This document shows, piece after piece, positions 19,308 to 29,581 of a stretch of DNA of 64,000 nt. Both the position numbers and the translations under genes were made by a program. Source of the DNA: Bryobacterales bacterium (GTDB lineage Bacteria > Acidobacteriota > Terriglobia > Bryobacterales > UBA6623); contig OY729428.2 of the NCBI GenBank assembly GCA_963422375.2, positions 2,496,001-2,560,000 of the forward strand, in the 5' to 3' direction. Below the pieces are notes generated by a model. It was not told the origin of the DNA. It saw only the letters and a list, made by a program, of their open reading frames with translations, and made no database searches. Numbering within the stretch: position 1 is the stretch's first letter; every line of letters starts with the position of its first letter.

Positions 19308-20349
19308 CCTGATTACCAACGAACGTCAGCCGAGGATATGCTATACTGGAGGAGGTCGGAAACCTCTGACAGGAAAGGGGATAGCTGATGAAACGCAATC
19401 GCGTGCAATTCCAGAAGGGACTCAGCCCGGGCAAGTTCCTGCAGCGCTACGGCAGCGAGGGGCCATGCGAGCAGGCCGTCTTCAAGGCCCGCTGGCCGGA
19501 CGGCTTCCGCTGCCCGGAGTGCGGCTCCCGACGGCACTGCCGCATCCGCTCCCGCAAGCTCCGGCAGTGCCACGCCTGCCACCGCCGGACCTCCCTCGTC
19601 GCCGGCACGATCTTCGCCGCCACCCAGCTGCCGCTGACCGTCCGGTTCCTGGCGCTCCACCTGCTGACGCAAGGCAAGCACGGCGTTTCGTCGCTGGAAC
19701 TGGCGCGGCAGCTGGGCGTGAGCCGGAACACGGCCTGGAAGGTGCAGCGCAAGCTCTTGCAAGTGCTGAAGGAGCGCGACGAGCGCGTGCCGCCGGGCGG
19801 CATCGTGCAGGTGGACGACGCCTACCGGGGCGGGGAGCGGAGCGGCGGCAAGCGCGGTCGCGGCGCGGCGGGCAAGACGCCGTTCGTGGCCGCCGTGCAG
19901 GTCAGCGCCGACGGCCAGCCGGCAAGGATGCGCATGAGCAGCGTGGCCAGCGTGGCGGGCTTGCGCAAGAAGACGCTGGCAGCGTGGGCCGGGCGGCACT
20001 TGCAGCCCGGCACGGAGGTGCATTCCGACGGCCCGGCCTGCTTGCGGGGCGTGGCCGGCGCCGGCTGCGAGCACGTGCCGACCGTCACCGGAGGCGGGCA
20101 GCGGAGCTGCGGGGATTCCCGCTTCGTCCGGGTCGACACGATGCTGGCGCACGTCAAGCAGTCCCTGGCGGGAACCTGCCATGCGCTCGACGGCAAGCAC
20201 CTGCCGCGCTACCTCGCCGCGTTCCGCTACCGCTTCAACCGCCGCTACGATCTGCAGGCGCTGGTCCCCCGCCTGCTCCACGCCTCCGTGCGCACCCCGC
20301 CCAGGCCTTGCCGCCTCCTAACCTTGGCTGAGTCTTGTGGGTAATCAGG
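19308..20349 (+). mobile_element. IS1595-family element (inner, ISSod11/ISXO2-like)
   Basis: Imperfect inverted ends CCTGATTACC...GGTAATCAGG and an 8-bp duplication ACCGATTT (19300-19307 / 20350-20357). Confidence 0.92.
19388..20344 (+). CDS. IS1595 transposase (open frame but degenerate)
   Basis: RWPDGFRCPECG Zn ribbon, VQVDDAY, GKTPFVAAV, SDG, RYL..F.YRFNRR; several conserved aromatic residues are replaced. Confidence 0.85.
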   Translation: MKRNRVQFQKGLSPGKFLQRYGSEGPCEQAVFKARWPDGFRCPECGSRRHCRIRSRKLRQCHACHRRTSLVAGTIFAATQLPLTVRFLALHLLTQGKHGVSSLELARQLGVSRNTAWKVQRKLLQVLKERDERVPPGGIVQVDDAYRGGERSGGKRGRGAAGKTPFVAAVQVSADGQPARMRMSSVASVAGLRKKTLAAWAGRHLQPGTEVHSDGPACLRGVAGAGCEHVPTVTGGGQRSCGDSRFVRVDTMLAHVKQSLAGTCHALDGKHLPRYLAAFRYRFNRRYDLQALVPRLLHASVRTPPRPCRLLTLAESCG

Positions 20350-20447
20350 ACCGATTTTGCAAATTATCAGTCCATAAATTAATTTCATATTTCTTCCGGA
20401 GATCTGTTGACAGTCGGTGGAGTATTTTGATAGAATAGTTCTAATAT

Positions 20448-21400
20448 ATGAGTTCGTCTATGAAGCAGAAAGGTCCCGGGAAGTGGTTTCGTAAAGGCAT
20501 CACCCTGATTGAAGTGATCGCCATGTTCCGCGATGACGAATCCGCGGAAAAGTGGTTCGCCTCCATGCGCTGGCCGGACGGTCCCGCGTGCCCCCACTGC
20601 GGCGGCTCCAGCGTGCAGTCCGACGCGGCCCACCCTTCGATGCCGTACCGTTGCCGCGGCTGCGGCAAGCGCCTTTCGGTGCGCACCGGCAGCGTGATGG
20701 CCGACACCGAGCTCGGCTACCGCACCTGGGCCGTCGTCCTGTTCCTGCCGACCACCGGCATCAAGGGTGTCTCGAGCATGAAGCTGCACCGCGACCTGGG
20801 AATCAGCCGGAAGTCGGCCCGGCACCTGGCGCACCGCATCCGCGCCTGCTGGGAGCGGGATCAGGGCCTGTTCGCCGGCCCGGCGGAGGTGGACGAGACC
20901 TACGTCGGCGGCAAGGAGCGCAACAAGCACGAGAGGAAGAAGGCCCGCGCCGGGCGCGGGCCCGTCGGCAAGACCCCGGTGGCGGGGGCGCGGGACCGCG
21001 CCACGAACGCAGCGGCCGCGCGGCCGCTGCCGGGCACCGCCAAGGCCGACCTGCAGGGCTTCGTGCGCGGCCGGGTCGCGCCGGGCGCGCAGGTCCGCTC
21101 CGACGAGGCGGCGGCCTGCGCCGGCATGGAGCAGTTCCCGCACGAAGCCGTCAGGCACTCCGGCGGCGAGTACGTGCGCGGGGCGGCGCATACGAACGGC
21201 ATCGAGTCGTTCCGGTCCCTGTTCAAGCGCGGCCTGTACGGCACCTATCACCGGATGAGCGTCCGTCATCTCGGCCGCTACCTGACGGAGTTCGCGGGAC
21301 GGTGCAACGACCGCGACTGCGACACGGCGGAACGGATGCGGCGCATGGCGCGGGGCCTGGTCGGCCGGACGCTGACCTGCCGGCAGCTGACCGGCAAGGC
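20448..21400 (+). pseudogene. IS1595 transposase of the outer element, natural stop apparently lost
   Basis: RWPDGPACPHCG, EVDETYVGG, GKTPV, SDE, HTNGIESF, RYLTEF. Family similarity ends near 21400 but the frame reads to 22007, past the element end. Confidence 0.8.
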
Positions 21401-21904
21401 CGCGGTCGCGGCCCGAGCGGCGCCCGCCGAGCTGAGCGCCGCAGCCCGCTGCCGCCGCGCTCTTCACGCTCGATGCGCTGCACGCTCGGTGCGAGGGGCG
21501 CGCCGGATCCGGAATCCCCCGGCGCGACCCGCGTCCGGCCCGGACCGTCCATGCAGGCCGTCGAGCGCCGGGGATCCGCTGTCTTCGGCCCTCGGAGGGC
21601 ACGCAAGCGGCTTGCAAGGGGTGCCCTCCACCGCCAACCGGATTCCACCGGGGCATGCGAGGGGGCCTCTCTTATCCGTGCCTCGTCCATTCCGCTGGCA
21701 GGTTCGATTCAGATACGATCCCACCTTTCCGTGCCTACCGCGGCCGCATTCGAATGACCCGAGCCAGACGCCGACCTCCTTGCTCACAGCAGTTCTCGTC
21801 GGACATGGCGTTGTCGGCACTCAGATATATAATTCCCTAGCAATGTCCCTGCCGAGCCTCCCGGTGACGAATCCAGGCGCGGATCAACTCCCGCCAGCAC
21901 CCGC

Positions 21905-21962
21905 TCGCCCCGCCCATGCCTTACCGCCTCCTAACCTTGGCTGCGTCTTGTGGGTAATCAGG
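21905..21962 (+). repeat. Isolated right-end fragment of the inner IS1595
   Basis: Near-identical to 20295-20349 (3 mismatches), ending TGGGTAATCAGG. Confidence 0.88.
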
Positions 21963-22079
21963 TCCCGGTATGCAAGCCCGGATCCCGCAAGCGCTTGTAC
22001 GAGGTAATGGAGAACCGGCGAGCGAGCGGCACAGTGCGATCGACCGGCCGGCTGCCGCGGCTCGGGCAGGGCAAGCGGT

Positions 22080-22560
22080 CCGAGCGACATCGCTTCCGCC
22101 GGACGGGCGCGGTGCTCCTGCGCCATGGCCGCGACGCCATGCAGGGCACTCGGATCGAGTACGCCGTGGAGCGCGACGGCCTGCGCACCTGCGCCAACTG
22201 CTTCTTGACCTGTCTCGCGGTCACCGCGGACAACGCGGAGCAGATCACGCGGCCCGGCCGGGCGCGCCGGAAGATCGAGAACGAGGGGTTCAACTGCTTG
22301 GCGCGGCGCGGCCGCAACTTCAAGCGCAACTTCGGGCACGGCAAGGCCGCGCCGGCCGACGGGCCGACCGGACCAAACCTGTTCGCCTTCGCGCTCCATG
22401 CCGTGCTGCAGTGCGCGTGCGCGCTGTGGCAGCAGTGCCGGCGCCAGCTAGTCACGCGCGACGGCTTGTTCCGGGAGCTGCAGGCCGCGCTGCGCTGGCA
22501 CCCATTCCCGGACTGGCCGACTCTGCTGGCGGCGGTGCGAGACGGACGTGCCGCCGGGCT
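22080..22560 (+). pseudogene. ISNCY-like transposase C-terminal remnant
   Basis: GRARRKIENEGFN...NFKRNFGHGK...NLFAFALHAVL matches the GRARWKIENE.FN...HNFGHG pattern. Confidence 0.7.
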
Positions 22561-23868
22561 GGGCCTAGCCTCCAGGCAGCTGCGTGCCGGCAGCGTCCGG
22601 CGAGCGGTCGGCCGCGGGCTCGGCACTCGGCGGACCCGCTGCGGGGACCGCGCCACGGCCCAGCCGGCCATCCGACGCTCCCGCAGGGCGGCCTCATAGG
22701 CGCGACGTCCCGGTCAAGTGATTCACCTCATCCTCCTAAACAACGTTCACGCACCACCTTGACGGCCAAATCTAGAATTGTTCTTCGATTGAAATTGCTC
22801 GAGCACTGCTTGATCATGCACTTGGCGGTATTGGGCTGGGGCTCGGTGGATCGGTTCCGCCTGATGGTTGAGCATTCGCTTCAATCCGCTTCGCCGGCAG
22901 TCGGCTGAAGCCGACTCACAATGCCCCGGGGCGCCCTGACCTCTATCAGCGCCGGCCGGCCTGCCAAGATCTTGCGAATTGCCTGCCCTGTCGAGGCGAG
23001 CCGGACCCTCCTGTGATAGCAACCCTGCCAGCGCACCCCCGGTTGTGATAGATGGATACGCGCAATCCCTCGACCCACTACGCCACGCCCCGGTCGACCC
23101 GGACGGGATACCGACAGAACACAAGATCTGGCCTCGCTGCCTCCCTCCCTAATCCGGCTGGCTCTCCAGCTCAGAATGCGACCCGCCACCCTGCCGACGC
23201 TTACACCGCCGTCGCGCCACGCAGGCGGCGGCCGACCCGGCGCGGGGGAAGCAAGCGCGGAGACTCGCGAACCGTCGAGCGGCCGTGCCGAGGGAATCGA
23301 ACAGTCAGGTTCTAACCCGCACCTTGGCCCCGCAGCACCTGATTCCGAAGAGTCGTCCTATGAACGTGTGAGAGCCGTCTCGAAGGCTCTGGGAGGTGCT
23401 CGCGAAACGCGTCTCGCAGCAACTCCGGTCCCAGCAGGCATTCGGTCACAGTGGCGGAGGCCGGGGCCTGGGGGGAGCACCCGTGCGCACGAGGAGAATG
23501 ATTCCACGACAGATCGTTTGCTCGCATTGGCCGGCACGGCGACCCGCAGCCCTCTTGCACGAGGTGCAGGATCTGGGCCCCTTGCCGGATCGGCTCCGCC
23601 CAGCGTGCGCCTGCAGGTCCTCAAAGACTGACTGGCGAGCAGGCCCGTCGCTCGGACGGGACCGGCACTGAACCCGGCAGGGCGTACCACCGGGCGTGTA
23701 CCAGGGCGATTCGCGGCCGCAGGGCCTCTCATGCTGTTGACGCCAAGCACGTGCCCGCTGCAAGTCTAGGCTTCGCTGTCGGTAGGCCGCACTGCCCGCT
23801 TACGGGCCTTTCTCCTTGGAATCAACAGACATTCTTGTAGATTCATCCTTGCAATCAAGAGAATTAGG

Positions 23869-25241
23869 ATGGCTGAGGCAATCTATTCTCGCAACACGGA
23901 GGCAATCAGCCAGCAAATCGCGGACTCGGCGCGCCGTTCCCTTCCGACGCTGACCAGACGTCGAATCCATGGCCGGGTGCAGTTCCCCGGCAAGACCACT
24001 GCCGTGGTCGGCATGCGTCGCGCGGGCAAGACAACCTTCCTGCATCAGGTGCGAGCGGACCGGCTCCGAGACGGCATCCCGCAGGAGCGGCTCCCGTTCG
24101 TCTGCTTCGAGGACGAACGGCTCGCTACCCTCCCTGCCGACTCCCTAGGTCTCGCGGTGGCCGAATATTTCCGCCAGTTTCCCGCCCCGACCGGAAGCGC
24201 GACCGTGACTTGGTGCCTCGACGAGACTCAGGCCGTTCCCGGATGGGAGCGATTCGTCAAGCACCTGCTCGATACGGAGCTTGGCGAGGTCCTTATGACT
24301 GGTTCCTCGGCTGAATTGCTCTCACGTGAGGTCACGACATCGCTTCGCGGACGGCGACGGCAGGTCTGGACCATCCGTTCAGCTTCGATGAAGCACTGCG
24401 ACACCAAGGCCTGGTCGTCCCGCCCGACGCCAACTCGCTCACTCGGAGAGAGCGGTCTCACATTGAACGCGCCTACTTGGACTGGCTCGTCGTAGGGGGC
24501 TTTCCCGAGTCGCAGAGACTCGATGCGCCGACTCGCTACGAACTCCTGCGCACCCATGTGGACGTGGCCATGTTCCGGGACGTGATAGAGAGACATCGGG
24601 TCCGTAAGCCCACAGCGCTGCGCTGCCTCACTCGACATCTGCTCGGCAACGCCGGTACCCTCTTCAGTGTCGAGAGGCTTCACTCGGCATTGAAGTCCCA
24701 GGGGATCGCCGTCGGAACGGACACGGTCCATCAGCTAGTAGGGCATCTCGAGGACTGCTTTCTCATACGTACCGTGTGGATGGAATCGAATTCGGAGCGC
24801 CAGCGCATGGTGGACGCCCGCAAGGCCTATCCGGTCGATGCCGGACTGATTCCGATCTACGAGCGGACCGGGCGGAGGAACACTGGCCACGCATTGGAAA
24901 TGGCCGTGCTCGTGGAATTGGAGCGACGACGCCTGGAAGTAACGTATGTCAGGACTCGCGAGGGTTACGAGGTCGACTCTCTCGCCAGCCGCCCCGGCGG
25001 CGAAATGGAACTGATCCAGGCCTGCGCCGACCTATCCGATGCGAGTACGGATTCTCGGGAATTCCGGGCTCTGGCTGCGGCGGGCAAGATGTTCCCACGC
25101 GCGCGAAAGCTACTGCTGACGCTGTGCCGAGACACCTTCCCGGAAGAGGTTCCGCCCGGGACGGTTGTGCAGGCCGCCCAGGAATGGACGCTGCAGGATC
25201 CCTCTGTTTCGGGTTCCGATTCCGAGACTCCGGTTGCGTGA
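23869..25241 (+). pseudogene. AAA_14 + DUF4143 ATP-binding protein, frameshifted
   Basis: Walker A GMRRAGKT, Walker B-like LDETQ, TGSSA, SLRGR in the first frame; GGFPE, KAYPVDAGL, EVD, LIQAC in the second frame; shift near 24370. Confidence 0.85.
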
Positions 25242-25576
25242 CCGATTAATCCGGCGATCTCGCGAGAAACGCCACGCTGGAAGTCCGGGGCCTCGCGGCA
25301 ACTTCGGCGGCAAGGTCCAGCCGCTCGCGCCTGCAGGATGCGGTGTCGACCGGCAACGGCCGTTCCGTCTCGCAGACGCACTCGCCCCAATCGGGCCGTG
25401 ACTCGTCCACGAGCGATGCAGGTGTCGATTCCCTCCTACTTCCAGCTATCCCGTGTCTCTCAAGTGGCCGCCCGTCCGCGACCAGCCCACCGCGCCGAAG
25501 AGCAGCGCCAGCTGGCGCTCCGGTGCGGCCGAGACACTAGCTGCAAGCCGCCGAATTCGCCACAGCGGCGGGCCCG

Positions 25577-26935
25577 TCAGATTCGCGTGACCGTCGAGTA
25601 GCCCATCAGCAGGGCCATGAGCACGGCGCTCACCCACAGCATCAGAGTGATCCATCCCTTGGGCAGAATGCTAGCGGGCATCCGCTTGTAGCGGAGATAC
25701 AGCGCGAACCCTCCGATCACCGGCAGCATGATCGCTTGAGCGATGCCGCCGATCTTGACCATTAGGACGGGCTCTTTGATCCACATGAAGTACAGGCAGG
25801 GAACGGTCAGGAGCAGCACGACGAAGACCCGAATCGCCCGCAAGCGGTGCTCGTAATTCGACCTGTCGTAGAGGCCGAGCATCCCCACCAAGTCGGCCCA
25901 GACCCGGCAATGAGCCGCGGTCGAGGCGAACACCGTCGAATAGAGCACGGCGAACGCCCCTACCATGAATAGGCCGAGCGACCACGCGCCGAGAGTCTCC
26001 GTGTAGATGCTCGACAGCACTCGTACCATCTCGGACCCCTCCGGCACCAAGCCCATGCCCTTGAGGACGCCCGCGCCAAGGAAGTAGAAGGCCACGGTGG
26101 CGAACGTGTAGACCACCATCGAGAACAGCACGTCAACGCCCATGACCCGGATCCAGCCAAGGGCGCGCCGCGTCCAGGCGGGCGAGTCGTCGCGCTTGCC
26201 GGCGAAGCGTGCGTAGCCTTTCTCGATGCACCAGTACGGATACATGACCAGCTCGGTGGCTCCGACCCCCGTGATACCGAAGGCCGCCACGGCAGTCGAC
26301 ATGCCGCCTTCGGGCGGCTGGAACGTCAGTCCATTGAGGACCTCCCCCCAGTCGAAATACTGCGGAAGCTTGAACAGCAGGAAGCAGCAGCTGACCGTCA
26401 GCGCGGTGAAGCTCACCACCAAGCCCATGGCGATCCTTTCGACCAGCGCGTACCTGCCGACGACGAGCAGCAGCACGGTCATCCCCGCCAGGACCCAGAC
26501 GAACGCCGTGATCGGCACGGATGGAATCAGCCGGTTGAGGATTTCGGAGATGCCGCCGAGCATCGCGCCGACCTGGAACAGGGTGAAGGTGACCATCGCG
26601 CACCACATCCAAACCAGCCATGAGACCTTCAGTCGCGGGCCCGGCACGCGGTTGAACGCATCCAGGGTGGTGCGTCCCGTGCCGATCGCGTAGCGGCCGA
26701 GCTCGTTCTGCACGACCGTCTTGACAAGGCAGCTCATGATGATGAGCCACAGGAGGATGTAGCCGTTCTCCGCCCCGAGCACGGTAGTGGCTATCAGCTC
26801 GCCCGAGCCGACGATGGAGCTGGCGAGGATTAGGCCCGGTCCGATGAGGCGGACGATCCCGCTGAGCGCGACGGGGGGATCCGTGACATGCTCGGATCGG
26901 AGTGCGTACGGATCGGAGGGTTCTGGCCGGGCCAT
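25577..26935 (-). CDS. Nramp/MntH-like divalent metal transporter family protein
   Basis: IGPGLILASSIVGSGELIATT, GITGVGATE, YPYWC.EKG; about 11 TM segments. Confidence 0.82.
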   Translation of the reverse strand: MARPEPSDPYALRSEHVTDPPVALSGIVRLIGPGLILASSIVGSGELIATTVLGAENGYILLWLIIMSCLVKTVVQNELGRYAIGTGRTTLDAFNRVPGPRLKVSWLVWMWCAMVTFTLFQVGAMLGGISEILNRLIPSVPITAFVWVLAGMTVLLLVVGRYALVERIAMGLVVSFTALTVSCCFLLFKLPQYFDWGEVLNGLTFQPPEGGMSTAVAAFGITGVGATELVMYPYWCIEKGYARFAGKRDDSPAWTRRALGWIRVMGVDVLFSMVVYTFATVAFYFLGAGVLKGMGLVPEGSEMVRVLSSIYTETLGAWSLGLFMVGAFAVLYSTVFASTAAHCRVWADLVGMLGLYDRSNYEHRLRAIRVFVVLLLTVPCLYFMWIKEPVLMVKIGGIAQAIMLPVIGGFALYLRYKRMPASILPKGWITLMLWVSAVLMALLMGYSTVTRI

Positions 26936-27001
26936 AGCGAATCGAAATGCTAGCACAGGGCGCGTCGCGCCCTCGCCCGGCCTCCCCGCGGGACGCTCGC
27001 G

Positions 27002-28555
27002 CTAGCGCGCGTTGCGATTGGCCGGCTCGTCAAGCACGAACGCTTCCGGGAATTCGGCCGCCTTCTTCCCTCCCCGTCGGCGCAGGCGCTTGTTCTGCGA
27101 GTTCCCGCGCGGCGCGTTCATGGGGATCGCCATTCCCCCGAGATCGGCCATCATCTCGTACAGGCGCGCCTCCATCTGCTTGGCCGTCTGGGCGAAGGCC
27201 TCGTCGTGGATGAGGTTGCGGGTCTCGCCGGGATCCTCGAGCAGGTCGTACAGCTCGTCGGTGTCCCACAGGCCGTAGTAGGAGATGAACTTGTAGCGGT
27301 CGCCGCGCAGCGCGAATTGAGTCGGCGTGTGGGGGAAGTTCTTCTCCCAGTAATAGACGTAGAGGAAGTAATCCCTCCACTGCACGTCCTTCCCCCGGGC
27401 GACTGGCAGGAAGCTCTGCCCGTCCATGTGAGCCGGCTTCTCCAGGCCCATCGCTTCCATGACCGTCGGCGCGATATCGATGTTCGCTACGACCTGCTCG
27501 ACCACGGTGCCGCCGCGGAACAGGTCCGGGCAGTGCATCAGCATCGGAACGCGGATCGAGGTCTCGTAGGCGACGCGCTTGTCGATCAGTCCGTGCTCGC
27601 CGAACATGAACCCGTTGTCGCCCATGTAGATCACCAGCGTCTCGTCGGCGACGCCCATCTCGCCCAACTGCTCCATGACCCGGCCCAGGCTGTCGTCCAC
27701 GGCGCTGAGCGATTCGTTGTAGCGCTTGTAGTAGCGCTCGACGTCGAGGGCGCTGTGGTAGGGAAAGTCGACTCCGTGCCAGCTGTTCCGCTGGTCCCGG
27801 AGCCAGCGAGGCTTGCCGCGGTAGTTCTCGAAGGTGTCCGCCTCGGTCGCGGAGCGCTGGAACGGAGCCTCGTCCAGCATCCCTGCGTGGCGCTCGGCCG
27901 GGGTGAAGTTCGCGTGAACGGCCTTGTGCGAGAGGTACAGGAAGAAGGGCTGCTGCTCCGTCCGCTGCTGCTCGAGCCACTCGACGGCGTAATCGGTGAG
28001 TTCGTCCGTGATGTAGCCCTTCTGCTCGACGCGCTGGCCGTTGACGTTGAGGGTGTAGTCGGGTCTCGGCGGCAGGTAGTGCCCCTGGCCGCGAAAGCTC
28101 ACCCAGTGATCGAATCCCGGGCGGGGCGAGTCGTCGGCGGCTCCCATGTGCCACTTGCCCACGAAGGCCGTGGCGTAGCCCGCCTTCTGCAGGTACTGCG
28201 GGAAGAACAGCGTCCCCTCCGGCACCATCCGGTTGTTGTCGATCACGCGGTGGCGGAAGGTATAGAGCCCGGTCAGGATCGACGCCCTGCTCGGCGAGCA
28301 GAGCGAGGTGCCGACGAACGCGTTCTTGAGGTGGACGCCGTTCTTCGCCATCGCGTCCATGTGCGGCGTGCGAGCGAACTGGTGCCCTAGGAATGACATC
28401 GCGTCGTAGCGATGGTCGTCCGCCAGGACGAACACCACGTTGCGCGGCGCGACTCCGTCGACCCTAGCGGGCTCGACGGAGTCCGGCACCGGGGTCACGG
28501 CCGCGCCGAGCGCTCCGACCAAGACCGTGGCTGGCACCAGGGCACTGAACTGCAT
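27002..28555 (-). CDS. Sulfatase (N-acetylglucosamine-6-sulfatase-like)
   Basis: RNVVFVLADDHRYDA, LCSPSRASILTG, GKWHMG, HKAVH, GDNGF.FGEHGLIDKR; start uncertain. Confidence 0.9.
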   Translation of the reverse strand: MQFSALVPATVLVGALGAAVTPVPDSVEPARVDGVAPRNVVFVLADDHRYDAMSFLGHQFARTPHMDAMAKNGVHLKNAFVGTSLCSPSRASILTGLYTFRHRVIDNNRMVPEGTLFFPQYLQKAGYATAFVGKWHMGAADDSPRPGFDHWVSFRGQGHYLPPRPDYTLNVNGQRVEQKGYITDELTDYAVEWLEQQRTEQQPFFLYLSHKAVHANFTPAERHAGMLDEAPFQRSATEADTFENYRGKPRWLRDQRNSWHGVDFPYHSALDVERYYKRYNESLSAVDDSLGRVMEQLGEMGVADETLVIYMGDNGFMFGEHGLIDKRVAYETSIRVPMLMHCPDLFRGGTVVEQVVANIDIAPTVMEAMGLEKPAHMDGQSFLPVARGKDVQWRDYFLYVYYWEKNFPHTPTQFALRGDRYKFISYYGLWDTDELYDLLEDPGETRNLIHDEAFAQTAKQMEARLYEMMADLGGMAIPMNAPRGNSQNKRLRRRGGKKAAEFPEAFVLDEPANRNAR

Positions 28556-28664
28556 GCGCACCATCGTAGCGAAGCTCATGGAGTCACGGGCGGAAGCGTC
28601 ATCGGAGACCCCCGGCAACCGCCGGGGCGGCTGCCGCGTCTGTACAATAGCCTTGGAGGCCGCC

Positions 28665-29477
28665 ATGCGCACCGCAACGATACGCACCCTGCTCGCAGTC
28701 GCGGCTTGCGCCGCCCTCGCAGGCCCCCCAGCCCTTGCCGCCACGACCGACTCCGAGCCGTCGATCGAGGAGATCATCGACCGGTTCATCGAGAACGAGA
28801 CGGCCTTCTCGAGGGCGCGCGAGTCCTATACCTACCGGCAGTCGGTCAAGGTGCTCGAGTACAGCAACAGCGGGCGCGTCCGCGGCAAGTTCGAGCTGGT
28901 CCAGGACGTGCTCTTCGGCAACGACGGCAAGCGCATCGAACGGGTGGTCTACGCTCCCCCGAACTCGCTACAGCAGATCCTGCTCACGCCTAACGACATG
29001 GAGGACCTGCGCAGCGTCCAGCCCTTCGTGATGACGCGCGACAACGCGTCCGAGTATCGGATCGACTACCTCGGGGAGCAGCAGGTCGACGAGATCGAAA
29101 CGTACATGTTCTCGGTCAAGCCGAAGAAGATGGTCAAGGGGAAGCGCTATTTCGAAGGGCAGATCTGGGTGGACCAGCTCGGCCTGCAGATCGTGAAGAC
29201 CTACGGCAAGGGCGTCGGCAGGGTGCGCAAGAAGAACTCCGAGCAGTTCCCGCGCTTCGAGACGTACCGCGACCAAGTGGACGGCCAGTTCTGGTTTCCC
29301 GTGTACACGCGGGCCGACGACACGCTGGCGTTTGAATCCGGCCCGCAGAAGATCCGCATGATCATCAAGTACGAGGACTACAAGAAGTTCAAGGGGGTCT
29401 CCACGATCACCTTCGGGGACTTGGTCGACGAAGACGAGAACCCCAGCGGTCGGCCGGGGGAAGGGCGGCAGCCCTGA
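28665..29477 (+). CDS. Conserved secreted hypothetical protein (LolA/MucB-like beta-rich fold possible)
   Basis: Signal peptide; YTYRQSV, YFEGQIWVD, FWFPVYTRADD; strong GC3 codon pattern. Confidence 0.65.
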   Translation: MRTATIRTLLAVAACAALAGPPALAATTDSEPSIEEIIDRFIENETAFSRARESYTYRQSVKVLEYSNSGRVRGKFELVQDVLFGNDGKRIERVVYAPPNSLQQILLTPNDMEDLRSVQPFVMTRDNASEYRIDYLGEQQVDEIETYMFSVKPKKMVKGKRYFEGQIWVDQLGLQIVKTYGKGVGRVRKKNSEQFPRFETYRDQVDGQFWFPVYTRADDTLAFESGPQKIRMIIKYEDYKKFKGVSTITFGDLVDEDENPSGRPGEGRQP

Positions 29478-29581
29478 CCCGGAGCGCGGGCGCGCCCGCG
29501 GCAAGCGGAGGAAGTCGAACGTCACCCCTGCCCCGAACGAAGCGGGCGTCCCGCGTCGCGGTCGCGCTGTGCCGCGCCCTC

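Larger units (their letters stand above)
19272..21837 (+). mobile_element. IS1595-family element (outer), carrying a nested IS1595
   Basis: Perfect 24-bp terminal inverted repeats GGGAATTATATATCTGAGTGCCGA (19272-19295 / 21814-21837) and an 8-bp target duplication TAGCAATG (19264-19271 / 21838-21845). Confidence 0.93.

Noticed and set aside
23465..23500. CRISPR-repeat-like GGGAGCACCCGTGCGCACGAGGAG
   Set aside because: Single copy, no spacer periodicity and no cas genes.
22700..23860. Several short ORFs in the decayed island
   Set aside because: No recognisable domain or consistent codon bias; only a short LAVLGWGS hint.
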